Assembly: GCA_026391775.1 (NCBI GenBank)
Contig: JAPLDK010000007.1
Coordinates: 1,065-65,064 of the forward strand
DNA: 64,000 nt
Source of the DNA: Bacteroidota bacterium
GTDB lineage: Bacteria; Bacteroidota; Bacteroidia; Bacteroidales; FEN-979
Reading direction: 5' to 3'
In this document: one piece after another, positions 1 to 9,262 of the stretch
Layout: each line of letters opens with the position of its first letter
Position numbering within the stretch: position 1 is the first letter of the stretch
Translations under genes and position numbers: made by a program
The notes under the pieces: generated by a model
Seen by the model: the letters and a program-made list of their open reading frames with translations, nothing else
What the model was told of the DNA's origin: nothing
Databases searched by the model: none

Positions 1-538
1 TCACGTTCATCGAAACCATCATAGCCGCACCATGGGCATATGGTGTTTCCTTGTCGATATCGTACTGGCCTTTGTCTTTTTCACGATACCCGATTGCAAA
101 ACTGCGCATTGTACGGTGATCAATGGGGGTGTAACCGGCAAACTGAATGACAGATCGGTCATAATAAAAACGAAGTTTGGAGCTGACACATCCTATATTC
201 GGGTCGGATTGCATTTTTCTGACCAGTGGTTCAAGAAAACCCTTTTCAACAATTGTATCGTTATTTAAAAGCAGAACATATTCACCTCTGGCCCGCATTA
301 TCCCAAGGTTATTCCCTCCGGCGAAACCCATGTTAATATTACTTTCATAAAGCACAACCGAAGGAAACCTCTCTTTGATTATACGGGGATTGTCATTTTC
401 GGAATTATTGTCCACGACGATTATCTCAATATTGGGATATGAGATCCTGGTCAGGGAATCAATCATCTCGAGGGTATCTTCCGATCCATTGAAATTTACC
501 GTGATGATAGAAACAAGAGGATATTGTTGTGGTTGCAT
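1..538 (-). CDS. Glycosyltransferase family 2, partial (3' end lies beyond the window start)
   Basis: Absent from the ORF track because there is no stop inside the window. Hand translation of the minus strand from the ATG (complement of 536-538) gives MQPQQYPLVSIITVNFNGSEDTLEMIDSLTRISYPNIEIIVVDNNS...GFAGGNNLG...LLLNNDT. This is collinear with the adjacent GT2 at 540..1463. Confidence 0.8.
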   Translation of the reverse strand, partial: MQPQQYPLVSIITVNFNGSEDTLEMIDSLTRISYPNIEIIVVDNNSENDNPRIIKERFPSVVLYESNINMGFAGGNNLGIMRARGEYVLLLNNDTIVEKGFLEPLVRKMQSDPNIGCVSSKLRFYYDRSVIQFAGYTPIDHRTMRSFAIGYREKDKGQYDIDKETPYAHGAAMMVSMNV

Positions 539-539
539 T

Positions 540-1463
540 TCAGTCTAGGTTTGGACTTCTGTGCAATTCCCGGTTGAATGCATTACTGACTTGCCAGCCG
601 ATTGCATTTTTATAGGCCCGGCAAAGCTTGAATTGTCCTTTAAGCAGAAAAACGAGAATATTTTTTGGAACAGCTATCAGAAACTGGTACATCAAAGCCA
701 GTAAGAACAAGGGACCATGAACATTACGCCTGAGGTAAAGCAGGCGGTTGCGGTTAAGATAGTAGATTTTCAGTGGACTCATTGTACCTGTAGTAACGGA
801 GTCCTTATGAAAGATCAGAGAATTGTGCACATATCCAATCTTATAACCGGCATCTTTTATTCTGTGGATCCAGTCCATTTCTTCATAGTACAGAAAAAAG
901 ATATCAGCCATTAAACCGACTTTTCTAATCACCTCAACAGGGATCATCATGGCTGCACCATAGGCGTATTCTGTGTATGAGTCCTGATCATACTGTCCTT
1001 TATCAACTTCCTGAAAGCCGATCCCTTTATTTCTGGCAGTGATGGGATTAATTGTAGTAAATCCTGCATATTGTATAAGTTCCGGATGGTAAAAATACCG
1101 GATCTTCGGGCTAACAACACCAAGTTTTGGATCTTGCTGAAGCTTGGCTACAAGAGGTTCCAAGAATTTCGGGTCTACCTCAGTATCGTTATTGATCAAT
1201 AGATGGAACTTTCCTTTTGCAATTCTTATTCCAAGATTATTTCCTCCCGCAAATCCAAGATTTTCCTTGCTCTCGATTAATATGATCTCAGGATGTTTCT
1301 CTTTAATTATTGCAGGTTTTTTGGTCGGGGATGCATTATCAACAACAATGATTTCATAAGAAGGATAAGTAATATGTCTGATGGAGTCCAGAAAAGCAAG
1401 TGTAACTTCTGGCTGGTTATAATTTACCGTGATAATAGAAACCAATGGATATGCTTCCGCCAT
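540..1463 (-). CDS. Glycosyltransferase family 2
   Basis: 307 aa. GT-A motifs PLVSIITVNYN, IIVVDNAS, NLGFAGGNNLGI and LLINNDTEV. Tandem paralogue of the partial gene at 1..538. Confidence 0.85.
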   Translation of the reverse strand: MAEAYPLVSIITVNYNQPEVTLAFLDSIRHITYPSYEIIVVDNASPTKKPAIIKEKHPEIILIESKENLGFAGGNNLGIRIAKGKFHLLINNDTEVDPKFLEPLVAKLQQDPKLGVVSPKIRYFYHPELIQYAGFTTINPITARNKGIGFQEVDKGQYDQDSYTEYAYGAAMMIPVEVIRKVGLMADIFFLYYEEMDWIHRIKDAGYKIGYVHNSLIFHKDSVTTGTMSPLKIYYLNRNRLLYLRRNVHGPLFLLALMYQFLIAVPKNILVFLLKGQFKLCRAYKNAIGWQVSNAFNRELHRSPNLD

Positions 1464-1502
1464 ACACTTTTTCGTTTGGTAGTATTGTTATCCTTCAGAC
1501 CC

Positions 1503-1637
1503 TCAGAAAAGAGACTTCTTGTTTTCCTCTTCGCGTTCCAGCTCCCTCCTGTGTTGTAGAAATCCAACGATAAACCCCAGTGGAGTAAATAGTAAAAGTC
1601 CGATTATCATATGTACTACTACACCCGTCATCTGCAT
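1503..1637 (-). CDS. Possible 44-aa single-pass membrane peptide
   Basis: Below the ORF-track size cut-off. Hand translation gives MQMTGVVVHMIIGLLLFTPLGFIVGFLQHRRELEREEENKKSLF. It has one hydrophobic helix and a charged tail. It fills the only gap between the Wzy-like gene and the GT2 on the same strand. There is no family recognition. Confidence 0.25.
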   Translation of the reverse strand: MQMTGVVVHMIIGLLLFTPLGFIVGFLQHRRELEREEENKKSLF

Positions 1638-1643
1638 GTTTAA

Positions 1644-3116
1644 TTAACTAATTTGGGTTTGTATTTTATCTGTTGTATCACTAAGCTGTTTATCCAGGGA
1701 TGGAGCCATAAACACATAGGCCATACTTGTATAAACCAGCAAGCCTGTTGGAAACTGGCCGAGGACCGCATTTCCGTAGCTTGCGACCAGGATGCCGAAA
1801 ACACCGCATAAAAGTGCGGCGGTTTTAACCTCCAAATCTTTATTCTTTATTTGAAACATGCTAATATACAAGCCTTTGCCTGTAAACCAGCCAAGGACTA
1901 ATAGATGCAGGTACAAGCCGATTATCCCGGCTTCTGCCCAGATCAGAACGAACCAGCTGTCGGTAGCAACGCCTGAAAGAAAGGTTTCTCCGGTATATGT
2001 GATAGCACGGCTGCCGGCATGCCCGATACCCCCACCGAAAGGTCTTGTTTTAAGGTAAGACTCAAAAATTGCCTGGTTCTTAAGCCTGACCTGGAAAGAC
2101 GCATCATCTTCCATTGCAAAGGCAGAGCGCATCCTGTAAATCTGATAACTGCTGTTACCAATTGTTGTATAACGGAAAAAAGAATATATGAAGATGAGAA
2201 ATATTGCACCAATTATGATTACCCTTAAATTCTTTCTTATGATCAGATATAATGCACCGCCGGCAAAAGGTACAAAGATTGCACCCCTTGTACCCGAACT
2301 CGACATACCATAATACCCTGCAATAAAGACTACCAGCCAGAACAACCTTTGTTTCCACCGCTTCTCATAGAAAAACATGATCATTGCAACAATCCCGATT
2401 TGCCCCTGGGCAGCCCCAAACTGACCAGCGTCAGAGAAAAACGAGAAGGCACGAAGATTCCCCCATAAAATATGTGTAACAGCTCCGAAATCATCCAGCC
2501 ATTTCTGCTCCCAGGGGTCAACGCCAATGTTCAACTGAATCCAGGCTTTCGCAGATGCAATAATTGATATTACTGCCCATATCTTAAGAAAACGGTCAAG
2601 GTGTTTGGGCTGGTTATAAAGAAGCTGTACCAGGGGTATAACCAGAATCATATACAAGCCTATACCACGCATGGATGCAAACCAGGCTGTTTTATTCAAT
2701 GCCTCCGGATTGAACATTTCAAGAAAAACATAAATGAACCAGACTAACGCTAAATAAGTGAGGTCATTATTGATCGGTCGTAGGTCAAGCTTCTTATCAA
2801 AATAATGAAAGAACATTGCAATGTAGGTGGAAATCAGGGTTATATCCATTAAATACCCCAGTTTCAAGGGAACATAACGGGAAATGCCGATAATAAAGAA
2901 GTTAATTATCAGGGCAAAGGTCAATCCGATTTCCGGCTTTAGAATCAGGCGATAGAATGAATAGAAAAGGATTGGAATGGCAATAACTACGGCCGCGGTT
3001 ATAAATCCCCCAAGGGCCATTGCATAACCCAGAACAATCGCAGCAATCAGCATAATTCCAATCAGAAATGGATTTCTGAGTAGTTCAGCTCCTGTCGGAA
3101 TATGGAATGGGTTCAT
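1644..3116 (-). CDS. O-antigen polymerase/ligase family membrane protein (Wzy-like)
   Basis: 490 aa with about 10-12 hydrophobic segments. Central SSSGTRGAIFVPFAGGALYLII region is typical of the O-antigen ligase/Wzy_C family. Located in a polysaccharide locus. Confidence 0.65.
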   Translation of the reverse strand: MNPFHIPTGAELLRNPFLIGIMLIAAIVLGYAMALGGFITAAVVIAIPILFYSFYRLILKPEIGLTFALIINFFIIGISRYVPLKLGYLMDITLISTYIAMFFHYFDKKLDLRPINNDLTYLALVWFIYVFLEMFNPEALNKTAWFASMRGIGLYMILVIPLVQLLYNQPKHLDRFLKIWAVISIIASAKAWIQLNIGVDPWEQKWLDDFGAVTHILWGNLRAFSFFSDAGQFGAAQGQIGIVAMIMFFYEKRWKQRLFWLVVFIAGYYGMSSSGTRGAIFVPFAGGALYLIIRKNLRVIIIGAIFLIFIYSFFRYTTIGNSSYQIYRMRSAFAMEDDASFQVRLKNQAIFESYLKTRPFGGGIGHAGSRAITYTGETFLSGVATDSWFVLIWAEAGIIGLYLHLLVLGWFTGKGLYISMFQIKNKDLEVKTAALLCGVFGILVASYGNAVLGQFPTGLLVYTSMAYVFMAPSLDKQLSDTTDKIQTQIS

Positions 3117-3124
3117 CGTTATTA

Positions 3125-4522
3125 TTAAAATAAGGGTTCTTTGTTCTTAAGACGCTTATTAAGTTCCTTATAAAACGTAAATCCCTTAGAGAATATCAGG
3201 GAGAATGAAATGTCTATCTCTTTTTTCAAAAAATGATATCCGATAAACAAGCCTATAACGGAAAACACTATCGAGGCTACAGCAACAAAGAAAAGAATCG
3301 TAACAGGAGGCATTGCAGGGAATAAGTAATGAAGTCCGAAAACTGCAAAAATATCACCCACTATGTTAGCAAGCGTCATGGCAAATACCTTCTGGAAATT
3401 TTTATCAGGTCTGTTAAGGCTGTCCAGTGCAACTCCGGTAAAGCGGTCGAGTGGCATAAGCATTCCATAGAGTATAAACACCATTAAGACATAGGTAATG
3501 TTCGGCGAAGTAGTAAGATACTTTACTCCACCCAGAATGAGAATGAAATATTTATTCAAAATCAGGCTAACCAAGGCAATTACAATAAAAATATAAACAA
3601 TTGGGCCGGTGTAGCCATAATAAATCCGTTTGAAGCCATCCGTATTATTTTCCATACTCATTTTTGAGAGTTTAGGGAAGGCCGTTGTAGCAAAACTCAA
3701 GAGTGGAATCTCGATAAATTCAATATATTTTAATGGGATAGCGTATAATGCAACACTGGCAGGTCCCATAAAAGCGCTAAAAGAAATTATAAAGCTGTCT
3801 GCTCCTTTCAGCAGGCTACTTCCAATACGGGTTGCCATGGAATATCTCCCATATTTCAGGATATCCATGACTTTACTTTTATTAATATGACCCATGAACT
3901 GAAGCCCTGTCCACTTTTTAAACATGCAGAATAATGAGGTGGCAAGGTTTGTTGCGATATATATGAATACCACCATTACCACATCAATTTTAAGATACAG
4001 GTATGCAACAAAAATGATTACAAGAAAAGAACAAAGATTAAAGAACCTTATCCATAAAATTTTACCAAAATCAATGTCGGCCTGGAAGATTGACCAGGCG
4101 TAATTCCATGGAAGGGTAACGAGCCCGAGCAGGGGATACCAGATAAAAAACAATGAATAGCCGCTATCTTTTAATGGTTGGGGTATCAGCAAGGCGACTG
4201 TCCATAAAATCACTGTGATCCCTGCAAGAATAAGCAGGCCTACTATCCAGGCTGAACCGAGATAATATTTTCTTTCCTCAGCATTGCTTCCAGAAAGGTA
4301 TCTCACAAGGGCTTCTTTTGTAACTCCGAACCTGAGCATGTCGATTAATGAGGCTGGCGTGGTAAACAGCACCCATATTCCAAAATCGTGGATAGACAAC
4401 ATTCTCAGAAGTATCATAAAGGAAAATAGTCCGGCAAGTGCAGTCGACAGATTACCCGCAAAAGAAAGGAAATTCGCGTCTCTTACTATCTTAAACGTTG
4501 TTTGTTTTAAGAATGCCCGCAT
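3125..4522 (-). CDS. Polysaccharide flippase (MOP/Wzx family)
   Basis: 465 aa, multi-pass throughout, with the size and hydropathy of Wzx-type flippases. Sits between the Wzy-like and Wzc-like genes. Confidence 0.65.
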   Translation of the reverse strand: MRAFLKQTTFKIVRDANFLSFAGNLSTALAGLFSFMILLRMLSIHDFGIWVLFTTPASLIDMLRFGVTKEALVRYLSGSNAEERKYYLGSAWIVGLLILAGITVILWTVALLIPQPLKDSGYSLFFIWYPLLGLVTLPWNYAWSIFQADIDFGKILWIRFFNLCSFLVIIFVAYLYLKIDVVMVVFIYIATNLATSLFCMFKKWTGLQFMGHINKSKVMDILKYGRYSMATRIGSSLLKGADSFIISFSAFMGPASVALYAIPLKYIEFIEIPLLSFATTAFPKLSKMSMENNTDGFKRIYYGYTGPIVYIFIVIALVSLILNKYFILILGGVKYLTTSPNITYVLMVFILYGMLMPLDRFTGVALDSLNRPDKNFQKVFAMTLANIVGDIFAVFGLHYLFPAMPPVTILFFVAVASIVFSVIGLFIGYHFLKKEIDISFSLIFSKGFTFYKELNKRLKNKEPLF

Positions 4523-4545
4523 GATGAATCAAATTAAGGTCATCA

Positions 4546-7233
4546 CTAGGAAATGACATTGTCTTCACGAAATCTGAATGTCAGAATCCTTTTAACCGTT
4601 CTGCGAAACTTTGATCTTGGTTTAGGGATTTCTCCGAAAACCGAATCCAGGAACATCAGTTCAACTCCATTAAGGACTATTTGCGTAGGTTGTTTGGTGA
4701 CGGAAAGGAATCCGTTCAATGCAGACCTGTCGGCATCGGTCCAGGAACGATTGGCCCGCACAACGAGCAGGGCAAGATCAAATTTTTGAATCAGATCGAT
4801 CGGATAGGCATTATTAATTAGGGATGGGACTTCAATAAAAATGTAATCATAAGACTCCAGGTCAAGATGCTCGTAACCTCTCAGTAGTTCCTTTGTGTCC
4901 TTTGTTTCAAAGAAATTATCCTGAATAATGTACTGCACTTCATCCTCTGCAGGAGGGATGAGCTCGCCGTTACCAAATCTTTCATCCGGTCCAAGATTTT
5001 CCTTAATATAATTCAGGAAAAGCGCATTCTCTCCGAAAGATTTGAACTTTCTGCTGAGTTCTCTTCCTATCGTTGTTTTACCTTCTGAGTCACGGGTGCT
5101 GAAAAGCAGGATGACAATTGGTTTTTTTTCGGTGTTATTAAGGAATTTATGAAGGCTGATTTTAATATTCTGGGCCATTATTTCAACCAGTCTGGGCAAA
5201 ATAAACCCGATATCCACATTATAGATCTGCTTTACGATTTTTGGATAAAGCCCGGCGAGTTTAAGTTTGATAAAGCGTTCGGCCCTTTCCCCGGTTTTAA
5301 TTGTTGTGTCGAAGAATTCCAGGGCAAGCAGAACAATTATAACAAAAATCAAGCCAAGCAAAGCTGCCGCGAGTACCAGCAACATAGCTTTTGACCGTAA
5401 GGCGTGCAGGGGATAGAAAGGTGCATCAACAACTTTGAGGTTGGTTGACAATTCATCGTCCTGTTGCCTGAGTTTTGCAAGATTAAGATCGTGCAGAAGT
5501 TCAAGGAATTCGCTTTCAGTGACACCGATAAGCCTTTCAAATCTCTTTTGCTGGGCGCCAAGAGGTGCGAATATCTCATAAACCTTCTGGAAATACCTTT
5601 TTCGTTCAGTCAGAACCCTGAGTGCGGCTTTGCTTTCTTCGTATGCAACAACGTTTGTCAGCCATGCATTTAGGAGGTCTTTCAGTGGCAAACCTTCAAC
5701 AGAGTTGGTTACAAGATAAAGTTGGTCGATGTTGTCTTTTAATTCCAGTTTTATTGATTCGACCTTATTTTTAAGAGCAGTGAGTTGTTTTATGGTTGCA
5801 GAATCATTGCCCAGATCGATCTCAATATTGGCAATTTGCATGGTGGTATTTGTCAGTTCATTCCTCAACCTTAAAATTGCACTGGTATTCAGGGAAAGTT
5901 TGGCGTGATTTTCAAGTTTCTTTTCAATGATTTTTATTGCGGCATCGGATGATGCAAGGGCAATCTGCTTATTCTGGAAGTCAACATCAAGTTCTTCTTT
6001 TGTTGTTGCAATTACTTTGGTTTGCTCGTAAAAATTGATGATATTATTTCTTGAATTAAAGACCAGCAGATCTGATTCGGCTTTCTGCAACCTTCTCATG
6101 GCATCTTCAAGCTGGCGTCTGAAATAAGCGATTACGGCATCAGTTTGATTCTGCTTCAGCAATTTGAAGGACCGGATAAATCCTTTTGTGAGGAAAACAA
6201 GTGTTTGCTGGGCAATACCGGGATCTGTAGATTTATAAGTAAGTTTAAGCAGGTCGCTACTTTGGATCCTGAAAATCTCCACTGTCGACAAGGCACTGAG
6301 GCTGTAGAATGGGTCTTTTTGGGAACTCCAGAGTTCGTAAATGAAATTGTAATCATTCTGATGGCCATAGTTGATCAGTTGCTTTACCAATCTGTCAAAT
6401 GCTGTCGTATCCGCATAATTATGGTGTGAAGTGATTGCGGTAGTAGTATCAAATTGTGAGTAAAATTCTGATGGGAGGGAGGTTGTATCAACTATTCCTT
6501 CCGAGCCGCCGGTTCTGACAGGTGCAGGTTCGATTTTATCTGATTCCGTAGGATAGGAGGCAGGTTCCGGCATTTGTCCGGGTATATCAACCTTTAGTCT
6601 CTGGCCGGTAGAAATTTCATTGGATTTTAATCTGTTGTAGCTCATCAGCTTCCTGACACTCAATCCATAGTTACGCGCAATGGAGAACATAGTCTCACCT
6701 GGTTTAACAACATGAAACGACTCCCTGGTCTGTGGTGGTTCATATGCTGTTTTTTCTGAAGTATTCTGAGCCTCAGGTGAAGAATAAGAACTATCGGTCT
6801 TAGAAGTCCTTTTTGAAGGGGCTTTGAAAAATTTCGGGTTCGAACGTTTTGCTTTCCTCACGATATCCATTATATCGGGGGGTACCTTTGAGATCAGTTC
6901 ATCATAATGTTCTTTAGATATATACCGGTCATCATATTGATCCAATAGGAGATGCTGGGCAAGGAGGGAGACTGAAACTTCTTCAAGTGTTTGACGTGAA
7001 CGGATCAGATTGATCAGATTGTCGTATACCGTATTTTTTACCATAACATCGGTATATGCCTGTTGTTGCACGGAATAACCGGAAGTTACGCCTGTATATA
7101 TCGTTGTTTCCGAAATATAACTCCACTGGTCCTTACGGGTAAGGAAAAAGACGACTGCAGCAAGAAGCAGCGGGACAAGTATCAGGAGCAATACATGCCG
7201 CTGAAGAATCTTGACAAAGTAGATAATTTTCAT
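4546..7233 (-). CDS. Polysaccharide co-polymerase (Wzz/Wzc/GumC-like) with inserted LysM domain and degenerate P-loop C-terminal domain
   Basis: 895 aa. Has an N-terminal TM helix, a long coiled-coil periplasmic region and a second TM (AMLLVLAAALLGLIFVIIVLLALEFF). The C-terminal domain has Walker A-like STRDSEGKTT and Walker B-like YDYIFIEVPS. LysM signature HVVKPGETMFSIARNYGLSVRKLMSYNRLKSNEISTGQRLKV lies between low-complexity S/T/P/E linkers. Confidence 0.75.
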   Translation of the reverse strand: MKIIYFVKILQRHVLLLILVPLLLAAVVFFLTRKDQWSYISETTIYTGVTSGYSVQQQAYTDVMVKNTVYDNLINLIRSRQTLEEVSVSLLAQHLLLDQYDDRYISKEHYDELISKVPPDIMDIVRKAKRSNPKFFKAPSKRTSKTDSSYSSPEAQNTSEKTAYEPPQTRESFHVVKPGETMFSIARNYGLSVRKLMSYNRLKSNEISTGQRLKVDIPGQMPEPASYPTESDKIEPAPVRTGGSEGIVDTTSLPSEFYSQFDTTTAITSHHNYADTTAFDRLVKQLINYGHQNDYNFIYELWSSQKDPFYSLSALSTVEIFRIQSSDLLKLTYKSTDPGIAQQTLVFLTKGFIRSFKLLKQNQTDAVIAYFRRQLEDAMRRLQKAESDLLVFNSRNNIINFYEQTKVIATTKEELDVDFQNKQIALASSDAAIKIIEKKLENHAKLSLNTSAILRLRNELTNTTMQIANIEIDLGNDSATIKQLTALKNKVESIKLELKDNIDQLYLVTNSVEGLPLKDLLNAWLTNVVAYEESKAALRVLTERKRYFQKVYEIFAPLGAQQKRFERLIGVTESEFLELLHDLNLAKLRQQDDELSTNLKVVDAPFYPLHALRSKAMLLVLAAALLGLIFVIIVLLALEFFDTTIKTGERAERFIKLKLAGLYPKIVKQIYNVDIGFILPRLVEIMAQNIKISLHKFLNNTEKKPIVILLFSTRDSEGKTTIGRELSRKFKSFGENALFLNYIKENLGPDERFGNGELIPPAEDEVQYIIQDNFFETKDTKELLRGYEHLDLESYDYIFIEVPSLINNAYPIDLIQKFDLALLVVRANRSWTDADRSALNGFLSVTKQPTQIVLNGVELMFLDSVFGEIPKPRSKFRRTVKRILTFRFREDNVIS

Positions 7234-8021
7234 TATTCTATTTTGTTTATAACGTTGAATTTAAAACCACACAACTCCTGTAATATCATATATGAGTTGA
7301 AGAATGCATTTCTTGATGTCTCATAATTATAAACAGCAACCCTGTACATTTCCATGATATAAGCAAGATCATAAAGGGTAGACTGGCCATTAAGAAACTC
7401 TTTATCCCCCATTTCTTTATTCATAGCCCCTGCAATAACGCTTTCATTGGCATTCTTCAGGATTTTCTGGTTAACGCTCAATTGATTGTATTGGGTTATG
7501 ATCTTTTGTCTAAGTTCAAGAATGACATTATCCTTATTGGCCATGGACTTTTCAATTTCCTTGGTAGCCGTTTTCATCTGGTTCTTGCGGTCCCAGAGAT
7601 CCTGCATAGGGAGGCGGATTTCGAGCTGACCTAATCCTCTGTAACTGTTCTGGAAGGAATACATGATGTTGTTATCACCCAGATTGCTTGCATTATTTGT
7701 TGTTGCATCCCACCAGTCGGTTTGAAGATATCCTTCAAGATAAAAATTTCTCATCCATACTCGGCTTGCCGATTTGACCCTGTAACGCCATGCCGAGATG
7801 TCAGCTTCATAATACTTAATCTGGGGATTGTGAACTATAGCGGAGTCGATAAGGTCTTCGAGAGGCGGAATACGCTGGGTAATTTCATCGATCAGAGGGT
7901 TGAAATAAGTTGTGTCCCTGAGCTGGCCAAAACCCAGTACCGGCGGGAGCAAGAATGCCATCAGAACAAAGTGCTGCAACACTTTCTTCAAATTATATTT
8001 TTCAGAATTCACAATTCCCAT
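7233..8021 (-). CDS. Hypothetical secreted protein, half-size TolC/outer-membrane-efflux-like
   Basis: 262 aa. Hydrophobic N-terminus (FVLMAFLLPPVLGFGQ). LEDLIDSAIVHNPQIKYYEADISAWRYRV resembles the TolC/OEP repeat. Its stop overlaps the Wzc-like start by 1 nt (TAATG). The function call is weak. Confidence 0.35.
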   Translation of the reverse strand: MGIVNSEKYNLKKVLQHFVLMAFLLPPVLGFGQLRDTTYFNPLIDEITQRIPPLEDLIDSAIVHNPQIKYYEADISAWRYRVKSASRVWMRNFYLEGYLQTDWWDATTNNASNLGDNNIMYSFQNSYRGLGQLEIRLPMQDLWDRKNQMKTATKEIEKSMANKDNVILELRQKIITQYNQLSVNQKILKNANESVIAGAMNKEMGDKEFLNGQSTLYDLAYIMEMYRVAVYNYETSRNAFFNSYMILQELCGFKFNVINKIE

Positions 8022-9257
8022 TTACATATTCTCCTTTTGAAATAAAGCACCGAACGTTCTGAAAATTATAACAAGGTCTCCCCAGAAGGTGTTATGCTCG
8101 GCATAGTAGTTATCAAGTGCAAATCGTTCTTCTTCCGACATAGGTCCGGTTCTCCCTCTTTTTTCAACCTGCCAGAGCCCTGTAAGACCAGCAGCGGACC
8201 TGAACCTGCGGCTCCATTTTTTTTTCGTGAGGGCTTCAGCTTCATTCAAAGGCAAAGGGCGGTTCCCGACGATCGACATATCGCCCTTCAGCACATTGAA
8301 AAGCTGAGGCAATTCATCAATACTGGTCATCCTGATAAGCTTGCCTACCCTGGTTATCCTCGGGTCGTCTTTAATCTTAAGAAATGCCTTTCTTGCGCTC
8401 CTGCGTTTGTTTGCTATTCTTTCGCATACCTGTTCGCCGTCATAATATACAAGAGGCGAACAATATTGACCTTCCTGTAATTTGGCACATTCTGTACATG
8501 TAATTTCGACAGTTTCGCTTATATACTGGTTGAGATGCTCGACTTCCTTTAATCTTTTATCGGCATCAGGATACATTGAGCGGAACTTGTAAAAATCAAA
8601 GATCTTATAATTGGCTCCAACCCTTTTTGAAAAATAATATACTTTCCCCTTTGATTCAAGCCGGATTGCAAGCATGGTAATGATCATCAGGGGGGAAAGG
8701 ACAACAAGTGCGGTTCCTGCCACGAGGATGTCGAATGTTCTCTTTATGAACGGAGTTTTATATGCGTTAAAACTAACACTGGTATCCACCGCAATGGTTT
8801 TATTCTCAAATTCCGATTTGAACTTCTTTAAGAGCTTGATCCTGTTGAAAATATTTTCAGGATGAATCCCCTGGTGATAGAAATCATCGATGCCCAACGA
8901 ATAGGCATTCTTTTTTGCACTGTAATCCTTAAAGAAAGAAATTACTATAAAAGGTGTTTTCTGGTATAGCTTGTTTAGTTTTAAACGCCTGAAAAACGAA
9001 AATGCATTGATCCCCGGCAACAACAGTTCACAAACAATTGCATCAATGGACTGTTTTTCCTCGTATTTAATATCGAACCTAGTATCCTTATCAAGGTCAA
9101 AAATTTTAAATTGATTATCGGTAAGCCAATATATTGCAGAAAGTGGATTTCCCATGACCGTAACATTAAAGTACCTGGAATTACGGAAGAGATCAGCCAC
9201 TGACTGATCTTTACCGATATACAGGATATTTAATAATGTCGTGTTCTCTTTCTCCAT
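8022..9257 (-). CDS. Priming sugar-phosphate transferase (bacterial sugar transferase family) with N-terminal receiver-like domain
   Basis: 411 aa. FDILVAGTALVVLSPLMIITMLAIRLESKGKVYYFSKRVG and DDPRITRVGKLIRMTSIDELPQLFNVLKGDMSIVGNRP are the classic WbaP/EpsL-type motifs. The first roughly 135 aa have a CheY-like pattern but with E at the phospho-acceptor position (DAIVCELLLPGINAF). Confidence 0.85.
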   Translation of the reverse strand: MEKENTTLLNILYIGKDQSVADLFRNSRYFNVTVMGNPLSAIYWLTDNQFKIFDLDKDTRFDIKYEEKQSIDAIVCELLLPGINAFSFFRRLKLNKLYQKTPFIVISFFKDYSAKKNAYSLGIDDFYHQGIHPENIFNRIKLLKKFKSEFENKTIAVDTSVSFNAYKTPFIKRTFDILVAGTALVVLSPLMIITMLAIRLESKGKVYYFSKRVGANYKIFDFYKFRSMYPDADKRLKEVEHLNQYISETVEITCTECAKLQEGQYCSPLVYYDGEQVCERIANKRRSARKAFLKIKDDPRITRVGKLIRMTSIDELPQLFNVLKGDMSIVGNRPLPLNEAEALTKKKWSRRFRSAAGLTGLWQVEKRGRTGPMSEEERFALDNYYAEHNTFWGDLVIIFRTFGALFQKENM

Positions 9258-9262
9258 CGGGT

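Noticed and set aside
32-268. 78-aa plus-strand ORF from the track
   Set aside because: It lies antisense within the partial GT2 gene (1..538, minus strand), whose translation carries clear GT2 motifs. The plus-strand product has no recognisable features.
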